DNA of 51,905 nucleotides from a virus (Duplodnaviria; Caudoviricetes), in the IMG/VR virus record IMGVR_UViG_3300021142_000042, positions 1 to 51,905 of that record. One strand, written 5' to 3'. Positions 46,538-51,905 of the stretch are shown here, one piece after another. The notes beneath the pieces are model-generated. The model ran no database searches. It saw only the letters and a program-made list of their open reading frames with translations, and was not told the origin of the DNA. Numbering within the stretch: the first letter of the stretch is position 1; every line of letters begins with the position of its first letter. Position numbers and translations under genes: made by a program.

Positions 46538-46795
46538 ATGAGTAGCCCCGCCCGCAACATGAAACGCGCCGTGGCAAGGCGTGCGCAAGCCCGTATCATC
46601 GGCCGCGCATGGTCAAGCACAGGTCGCTGGTACGTCTGCGCGTGGGGTTGCGGCCATCGCCAGCACTTGCACGAGGACGCGGAGTGGCTTGGCTACGGGC
46701 ACGAACGCTGCGCGCTGCGTCCGCCGCAAGCGTGGAATCACCTGAACCGCGAGGGCCTGGAATTGCCCGCGCCCGCAGTCCAAGGCGACGCCTGA
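46538..46795 (+). CDS. Hypothetical protein (Cys/His)
   Basis: CAWGCGH..HERC, followed by a weak hairpin and T-rich run. Confidence 0.45.
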   Translation: MSSPARNMKRAVARRAQARIIGRAWSSTGRWYVCAWGCGHRQHLHEDAEWLGYGHERCALRPPQAWNHLNREGLELPAPAVQGDA

Positions 46796-46896
46796 CCGCA
46801 TCGCGGGCTTTGCTGTTTTCGCACCTTGCCTAACCATGCTGGCAGCGGTACATTCTGCCAACCGCCCGCGTCGTTTGGCGCGGGGAATGAGGCGCA

Positions 46897-47073
46897 ATGT
46901 CACTCGACAAAGCCATCGCCAGCGGACACGAGAAGCGGCATCCGTATCGCGGCTCCAAGCGTTTCGACAAGTCCTGCCGCAACCACGGCGGCTGTCCTGC
47001 CTGCGAAGGCACACGGCTGCGGTACGTGCGCCAGAATCGCCAAGCACTCAAGGACTCCCAATGCGCCACCTGA
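46897..47073 (+). CDS. Small basic Cys-containing phage protein, 58 aa
   Basis: Not in the ORF track. GAGG RBS. MSLDKAIASGHEKRHPYRGSKRFDKSCRNHGGCPACEG resembles a recurrent small phage protein family (recalled, not searched). Confidence 0.7.
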   Translation: MSLDKAIASGHEKRHPYRGSKRFDKSCRNHGGCPACEGTRLRYVRQNRQALKDSQCAT

Positions 47074-47300
47074 CCGCCATCGCCTTGATTCTGCTCGCAG
47101 GCTGTGCCACCTGCGGCACCTTCCGCGAAGCCACGCCGACCGGATACCAGCTCGCGGAACTTTGCTTCACGGACCATGCGGCGCTGAAAGCCGCTGTCGC
47201 CACTGGCCATCTGGACACGTCCAAAGTCTCGACCCATTCCGTCTGCGCCAAGTCCGCGCAGCCGTTCCCAGAGGGCGCTACCTGCCCGCAAGCCAAGTAG
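47061..47300 (+). CDS. Small lipoprotein
   Basis: AAGGA RBS. MRHLTAIALILLAG|CAT lipobox and four further Cys. Confidence 0.7.
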   Translation: MRHLTAIALILLAGCATCGTFREATPTGYQLAELCFTDHAALKAAVATGHLDTSKVSTHSVCAKSAQPFPEGATCPQAK

Positions 47301-47307
47301 GAGCCAC

Positions 47308-47661
47308 ATGAACACGCTGAAACTTCTCTCCCTCGCGCTCAAGGCCGAGGGTTCTACGCACCCGGTACTGGCCGCTATCGCCGCCAAGATCGACGCGTTC
47401 ACCAAGACGCTGCCCACCACGCCGCCGGAAATGACGCCGACCGAGCAGACGATCGCCAGTGTGGCGGCCGAAGCGACGACGCTGGCGCTGCAATTCCTGC
47501 CCGCGGGTGGCGTGGCTGCGACAATTCTGGGCGCGGAGCCGCTGGTTGCCGCGGCCATTGTCGAGGTCGAGGACTTGTTTGCGAAGCTGACCGCGCCGGT
47601 GACGGGCACGCTGACCGGCACTTTCGGCCCGGACGGTCTGCCGCTTGACCCGACCGCTTGA
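47308..47661 (+). CDS. Hypothetical amphipathic protein
   Basis: AGGAG RBS, in the lysis neighbourhood. Confidence 0.6.
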   Translation: MNTLKLLSLALKAEGSTHPVLAAIAAKIDAFTKTLPTTPPEMTPTEQTIASVAAEATTLALQFLPAGGVAATILGAEPLVAAAIVEVEDLFAKLTAPVTGTLTGTFGPDGLPLDPTA

Positions 47662-47673
47662 AAGGAACTGGCC

Positions 47674-47910
47674 ATGCCCGACACCCCGCCGATTGTGCAG
47701 TTGAAGATTCCGCCAGACACGTCACTGCCCGCGCAGTTGAAGGCGATCGGGCTGGGGCTGCTGTCGAAGCGGCTGGCGACAATCAGCCTCGCGGGCTGTG
47801 TGACCACGTTTGCCAGGCTGAGCGATCACCAACTGGCGGCGATCACGGGTATGGCGTGCGTCGCGATGATCTGCTGGACGTGGGAGAAAGTCGCCACGGC
47901 GCCGAAGTAG
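47674..47910 (+). CDS. Putative holin (two hydrophobic segments)
   Basis: AAGGA RBS. LLSKRL, then two short TM-like segments and a basic end. Last gene of the rightward arm. Confidence 0.5.
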   Translation: MPDTPPIVQLKIPPDTSLPAQLKAIGLGLLSKRLATISLAGCVTTFARLSDHQLAAITGMACVAMICWTWEKVATAPK

Positions 47911-48027
47911 ACCCCGTTCGCGGAAGCGGCGGATTGGCGGCTGCTGCGGTGGAAGGTCAGGCTCTAGGGCTTGGCCAGAGTACACCGCAGCGGCCGTTTC
48001 CTTTGGAGCGTTGGCCGTACAGCGAGC

Positions 48028-48438
48028 CTACAGGTCCGCGTCGGCTGAATTGAACAGCGGATCGTACTCGGCGCGGCCAAGCAGGCGCTCAAGCGCGTTG
48101 GTTGCAGAGTCGCGGTCCGGGAAGCCAACGCACTGAACGATGATGCGCCCGCGAGTTGAGTTGATACGCGCCTCTGCTGTGCATTCGTCGGCAAACTCAT
48201 GTCCGCCAAGCACGATCGACAGCGACGTGAAAAGCCGACGGCACTTGTCGTTGACCGCGTTCAGCGGTCTCCGCTTGTCCACGCCGAGAGCGATAGCCAT
48301 CCGCTGCGGCAGCGTGAAGCACTTGGAGTATTGCGCTTGGCAGTGATCGAGTTGTGGCCAAACATCGCCGGTCTGGTTGCACGCCTCTGCCATCGCCGCC
48401 TCGTACCGCTGCCACTCGCTGTAAGTCATCGTCAACAT
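48028..48438 (-). CDS. Hypothetical protein, last gene of the leftward arm
   Basis: GAGGGG RBS. Confidence 0.55.
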   Translation of the reverse strand: MLTMTYSEWQRYEAAMAEACNQTGDVWPQLDHCQAQYSKCFTLPQRMAIALGVDKRRPLNAVNDKCRRLFTSLSIVLGGHEFADECTAEARINSTRGRIIVQCVGFPDRDSATNALERLLGRAEYDPLFNSADADL

Positions 48439-48473
48439 CGCTTTCCCCCTCGCCCGCAGGCTGCGCCGTGGCG

Positions 48474-48713
48474 CTAGAATCCATCAAACTCGGGCAAGTA
48501 GCCTTGCTTGTCCCGCTCATCGCCAACGCCGTCATCTTGGACGCATTGCCAGCAACGCTCCGTGCCACGGCAGCCGCACTCGTCATAGGCGTAGTCGTCT
48601 GCATCCGCGCGAGCCTCACAGCTGCATCCCTTGCACGCGGACGGGCGCGCAAGTCCGAAGTCATCGGCGGCACTGCACATGCAGGTCAGTCCGCAGTCTT
48701 GGCATTCGTGCAT
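48474..48713 (-). CDS. Cys-rich small protein
   Basis: GAGGAGG RBS. Many CxxC/CxC motifs. Confidence 0.6.
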   Translation of the reverse strand: MHECQDCGLTCMCSAADDFGLARPSACKGCSCEARADADDYAYDECGCRGTERCWQCVQDDGVGDERDKQGYLPEFDGF

Positions 48714-48723
48714 CGTGTCCTCC

Positions 48724-48918
48724 TCAAAACGGCACGATGGCCGTGTTGTGACAGTGCCAGCGAAACGAACGCCGAAACGCTTTCTGCGGCGGTCGCTGGT
48801 ACGGTCCTGCGTCGTCGATCCAGCGAATCCAGCGCGGCAGTCTGCGAAGGCGCAACCTGTCGTTGTAGTCGATCGGCGTCACGAAGTAGCGTTCGCTTGT
48901 CCGTCCGTCAAGGTGCAT
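48724..48918 (-). CDS. Small basic hypothetical protein
   Basis: GGAG RBS, MHLDGRTSERYF... Confidence 0.45.
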   Translation of the reverse strand: MHLDGRTSERYFVTPIDYNDRLRLRRLPRWIRWIDDAGPYQRPPQKAFRRSFRWHCHNTAIVPF

Positions 48919-49111
48919 GGTCTGGCTCCGTCGCGCGATTGGCAAACGCTGCTGCGATACACGCCTTGAAGCATTCGGGATCGACATCCTCGGTCGTCCC
49001 GTGGCTGGAGTCGCAGGCAAGGTCGCATCCGTGGATCGCGATCTCCCGATGGGATCTACACCCCGCCAACAGGACTACCGTCGCGATTGCCGTTTTCGTG
49101 CTGAGTTTCAT
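48908..49111 (-). CDS. Small Cys-rich lipoprotein in the early region
   Basis: MKLSTKTAIATVVLLAG|CRS lipobox, CDLAC...CFKAC. Confidence 0.6.
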   Translation of the reverse strand: MKLSTKTAIATVVLLAGCRSHREIAIHGCDLACDSSHGTTEDVDPECFKACIAAAFANRATEPDHAP

Positions 49112-49320
49112 GGTTTCACCTTGCACGTCGAGCAGTAGTCACGGCGCGTGCCATCATCGGCGATGCGACCTGTCCAACTCGGAGGCGGCTTCTTGTTCAG
49201 AAACCATGCGGGCGGACGATTGCCAGCGAGCGGGATCGGCAACTCTCGGTTGCACAAGTCGCAGATGATACGCGGCGACGTGTTCTGTCCCCATCCTTGA
49301 ATGCCTGCTCTGTAGCTCAC
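49108..49320 (-). CDS. Zn-ribbon protein
   Basis: GGAGGT RBS, ICDLC...DYCSTC. Confidence 0.6.
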   Translation of the reverse strand: MSYRAGIQGWGQNTSPRIICDLCNRELPIPLAGNRPPAWFLNKKPPPSWTGRIADDGTRRDYCSTCKVKP

Positions 49321-49532
49321 GATTTCACCTCCAGTTCCGACCATCCGATCGGCTGTGTTGCGTCATCCTCGCACGGTTGCGGGATACCGAGTTCGTCCCA
49401 TCGCATCCAGCCCGTCCATCCGTCGCGGTAGCCTGTCCACGTCACGTCGTCGGGATAGTGCAGGATCACGTTGACGGAGCAGTCCGCGTTTGGCAGTGGC
49501 TGGTCTGGCGGCCATTCGTCCATGCTGTGCAT
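49317..49532 (-). CDS. DUF551-like small protein
   Basis: Trp-rich, ending PIGWSEL. Confidence 0.5.
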   Translation of the reverse strand: MHSMDEWPPDQPLPNADCSVNVILHYPDDVTWTGYRDGWTGWMRWDELGIPQPCEDDATQPIGWSELEVKS

Positions 49533-49581
49533 CACTTTCCACCTCCACAACCCGCGGCATCGCAGGCATCGCGCCGTGGCG

Positions 49582-49875
49582 CTAGAACGGCTGCGACTTC
49601 AGATCCGCGAGGCATTCCCGCAGAGTCGCAAAGTCGCGCTCGCTGTTCGTGATTCCCATGTCGCACTCAAACATCCATCCCCAGCCGTCGAAGTCGCAGA
49701 TCGTCAGGTCGCCGCGTTTGCCGCCACGTCCGTACAAGTGCCCATCCTCGCAGGTGGACCACTCGCACCACGGGAAGGCGGCGCGGACTTGTTCAAGATT
49801 GTTCACCACGCGAACCTCCACCAAGCGCGAGCAAGCCGCGCCCAAATCCCACCAGGCTTGCGGCACTCGCGGCAA
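49582..49875 (-). CDS. Hypothetical protein (start uncertain)
   Basis: Fits the leftward arm. Likely start is the GTG of VNNLEQ after GGAGG. Confidence 0.45.
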   Translation of the reverse strand: MPRVPQAWWDLGAACSRLVEVRVVNNLEQVRAAFPWCEWSTCEDGHLYGRGGKRGDLTICDFDGWGWMFECDMGITNSERDFATLRECLADLKSQPF

Positions 49876-49933
49876 GTCGTTTCAGGTGTCTTGCGACCGC
49901 AGCCGGCGAGGCAGTACAGGACGGGATCGGGAT

Positions 49934-50173
49934 TCACAGCGCCTCCAACTCAGCGATCTTGCGCTGCGCCAGCGTTTGCAGATTCCGCCGCGCCTGCTCG
50001 CGGTGTGACTGGTTCGTGTGCGGTGCCCAAAGCCAGTCGATCCCGCTGGCAACCGCGTCGTGTCCGACCTGTTCAAGCCAGCGTTGCGCGTCCCAAATGT
50101 ACAGCGTGCCGTTGGCGGATTGCTTGGCGAGTCGCTTCCAGATCGCCATCGCGGTTTTCGTGCTGGTTTTCAT
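49934..50173 (-). CDS. Hypothetical protein
   Basis: GAGGT RBS, MKTSTKTAMAIW... Confidence 0.55.
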   Translation of the reverse strand: MKTSTKTAMAIWKRLAKQSANGTLYIWDAQRWLEQVGHDAVASGIDWLWAPHTNQSHREQARRNLQTLAQRKIAELEAL

Positions 50174-50628
50174 GGGGATACCTCGATAATGGCGAGAGCA
50201 ACACGGCAAGGAAAGCACTCGTCGCAGTCGTCGTCGTGATCGCCGTGATCGTGGTCGCATTCGCAATCGCAGCCGTTCTCTGACAGTAACTCGCGCACCC
50301 GCACCAACTTCTCGGCATTCGCATCGCAGTCGCAGAGGTTGCACGGTCCACTCGTCTTGCCGCCGTGCGCCTGGCAACGGTGGACCTTGGAGGCTTCGCG
50401 TTGCAGGACGGCCATACCTTTCTTGAGCGCGTCGCGTTCCGCCGTCACCCGCGCCAAGTCTGCCGCCAAACCATCGCGGGCGAGCTCGGCGGATTCGGCG
50501 CGGGCTGCGGTGCGGGAAGCGCAGTCGTCGCGGTCCAAGTCTCTGTAAAACGTGTCAACATCCACAGCAAGTGTTTTCCATCGCAGGCACTCCGCGCTCC
50601 AACATCGTGGGCAAGTCTCGGCGGTCAT
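50170..50628 (-). CDS. Cys-rich coiled-coil protein (VTAERDA motif)
   Basis: GAGGT RBS, CPRC, CDCEC..CDECFPC. Confidence 0.6.
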   Translation of the reverse strand: MTAETCPRCWSAECLRWKTLAVDVDTFYRDLDRDDCASRTAARAESAELARDGLAADLARVTAERDALKKGMAVLQREASKVHRCQAHGGKTSGPCNLCDCDANAEKLVRVRELLSENGCDCECDHDHGDHDDDCDECFPCRVALAIIEVSP

Positions 50629-51020
50629 TGGGATACCTCGGGTGGCGCGGGGCGTTCGCGCCAATGTGTGATCTGGAAATCGACCGGCTGCCACGCCTCA
50701 ATTCCACTGTCCGTCACGCGCCATTCAAGCCACTGAGTGCCATCGTGGCAGTTCGTGTCCACGCCGGATGTACCGAACGTGTCTACAGGATGGTACTTTT
50801 CCGGCAACCTCTCGCGCACGTCGATCCACCGCTCGCGCTCCCGCGCTTCGGCAAGTTCGGCTTCAAGCGTCGCAATCCGATCCTCAAGCGGCGCGATCAG
50901 CCCTGTGCGGCAGTCTTGAACCGCCGCAGCAGCAGGTTGGTTCACGCCACGGCTGATGCCGAGGCAATGCGGGCACATCCGCCAGTCTGGGCGCCCGTGT
51001 TCGCAGGGTAATCCGCTCAT
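50625..51020 (-). CDS. DUF551-domain protein with N-terminal Cys motif
   Basis: WIDVRERLPE...ITHWRERPAPP. Confidence 0.75.
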   Translation of the reverse strand: MSGLPCEHGRPDWRMCPHCLGISRGVNQPAAAAVQDCRTGLIAPLEDRIATLEAELAEARERERWIDVRERLPEKYHPVDTFGTSGVDTNCHDGTQWLEWRVTDSGIEAWQPVDFQITHWRERPAPPEVSQ

Positions 51021-51595
51021 TTCGCACCTTCCTTCGCAGCCTTGCGTTCCCGCTTCGCCTTGTTCGCCGTCGCCTTGCGCTTTTTGTGCAGTTTGATCGC
51101 CTCTGGCGTCAATTGCTCGGCATTTTCATAAGCCCATCGCGCCATCCACAAAGCCGACGCCTCATCATTGCCAACCGGATAACCGACACACCGCTCGGTC
51201 AACTCGGCTTGCGGTAGTTGCAGCACAGCCTTGGCATCCTCGCCGGGTTGCAGCGTCGCCTTGACCGCCCGCGTCATCATCGCCCGCCACGACGCAGGAT
51301 TGACCCACTGGACAGGCCAGCCGTGCAACTCCGCCGCGTGACGCCAGCAGAAGATGTTGGCCCACTGTCCAGCCTGCGAGTCGAACGTTGAGCCGCCACC
51401 CTTGATCGCGGGCTGCTCCACCGTCACCAGGTCCGGCACGCCAAACCGTTTCACAAGCACAGACAACTCGCGCCAAGCGTGGGTCATCTTGGTCAACTTC
51501 GCTGGCATCGTCGCCTGCTCGCTGTGCATCACCGTGCCGTCTTCGCAGATCGCGATGCCGTATGCTCCACCTGGATCAACAGAAATTACACGCAT
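51017..51595 (-). CDS. RuvC-like Holliday-junction resolvase
   Basis: MRVISVDPG..YGIA, PDLVTVEQP, VNPASWR, NDEASAL. Confidence 0.8.
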   Translation of the reverse strand: MRVISVDPGGAYGIAICEDGTVMHSEQATMPAKLTKMTHAWRELSVLVKRFGVPDLVTVEQPAIKGGGSTFDSQAGQWANIFCWRHAAELHGWPVQWVNPASWRAMMTRAVKATLQPGEDAKAVLQLPQAELTERCVGYPVGNDEASALWMARWAYENAEQLTPEAIKLHKKRKATANKAKRERKAAKEGAK

Positions 51596-51715
51596 TTTTC
51601 ACTCTCCTACTCGTCCAGCCCACGCCAGCCGCGTCAACCGACACGTCGCGAGTCGCCTCATTCAGTGTGCCAGCGTGGGGATCTGCACCTTGCAGATTGG
51701 TCGCGGCGTTTGCCG

Positions 51716-51905
51716 CTATCGGTAGATGTTCCCCTTGACGCCAGCGTGACTCGTGACGTGCGTCAGCCCGGTGCAGCCGTCGAGGTAGATGGAGCCGCCG
51801 ACGCTCAGGCCATCGGGCAGCGCCGTGAGCCCCATGCAGCCGTCGAGGTAGATGGAGCCGCCGACGCTCAGGCCATCGGGCAGCGCCGTGAGCCCCGTGC
51901 AGCCG
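51716..51905 (-). CDS. Leucine-rich-repeat protein, 3' part (continues from 1-376)
   Basis: ...LPDGLSVGGSIYLDGCTGLTHVTSHAGVKGNIYR*, TAG at 51718-51716. Confidence 0.88.
   Translation of the reverse strand, partial: GCTGLTALPDGLSVGGSIYLDGCMGLTALPDGLSVGGSIYLDGCTGLTHVTSHAGVKGNIYR

Noticed and set aside
1-51905. Diversity-generating retroelement or retron
   Set aside because: No reverse transcriptase motifs in any ORF and no separate template/variable repeat pair seen.
1-51905. Prophage with integrase and att sites
   Set aside because: No tyrosine or serine recombinase, no host genes, and the sequence closes on itself.

Overview
The window looks like a complete, circularly closable high-GC dsDNA phage genome of about 51.8 kb. 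Bases 51820-51905 repeat bases 1-86, and an LRR gene reads through that junction. The leftward arm (about 48.0 kb through the junction to 14.4 kb) carries early, recombination and replication genes: a RuvC-like resolvase, an LRR protein, an SMC/Rad50-like ATPase, a RecT/RecE-like pair, a beta-class DNA methyltransferase, a DEDDh exonuclease, a pentapeptide-repeat protein, an intein-containing SF2 helicase, DnaB, and an initiator with internal iterons. The rightward arm (15.3-47.9 kb) carries a possible divergent sigma factor, terminase, scaffold, major capsid, decoration-like proteins, portal, podovirus-type adaptor and nozzle, tail appendage and ejection proteins, and a GH25 lysis region. I recognised no integrase, DNA or RNA polymerase, reverse transcriptase or CRISPR array. 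The most unusual items are: (1) a promoter-driven tRNA-like RNA whose anticodon loop is replaced by a GNRA-capped hairpin and which has a His-type G-1:C73 pair, followed by about 170 nt of further structured RNA; (2) a tail-nozzle gene apparently split in frame by a 765-bp insert bounded by Pro-Ala-Pro microhomology, with the first stop in a hairpin loop; (3) a repeated GTTTAGTC motif upstream of late genes and a CATCATG-flanked early promoter pair; (4) an LRR array that varies almost only at surface residues; (5) nested sheath/flagellin-like modules shared by two virion proteins. All product calls come from motif recognition by eye; no searches were run.
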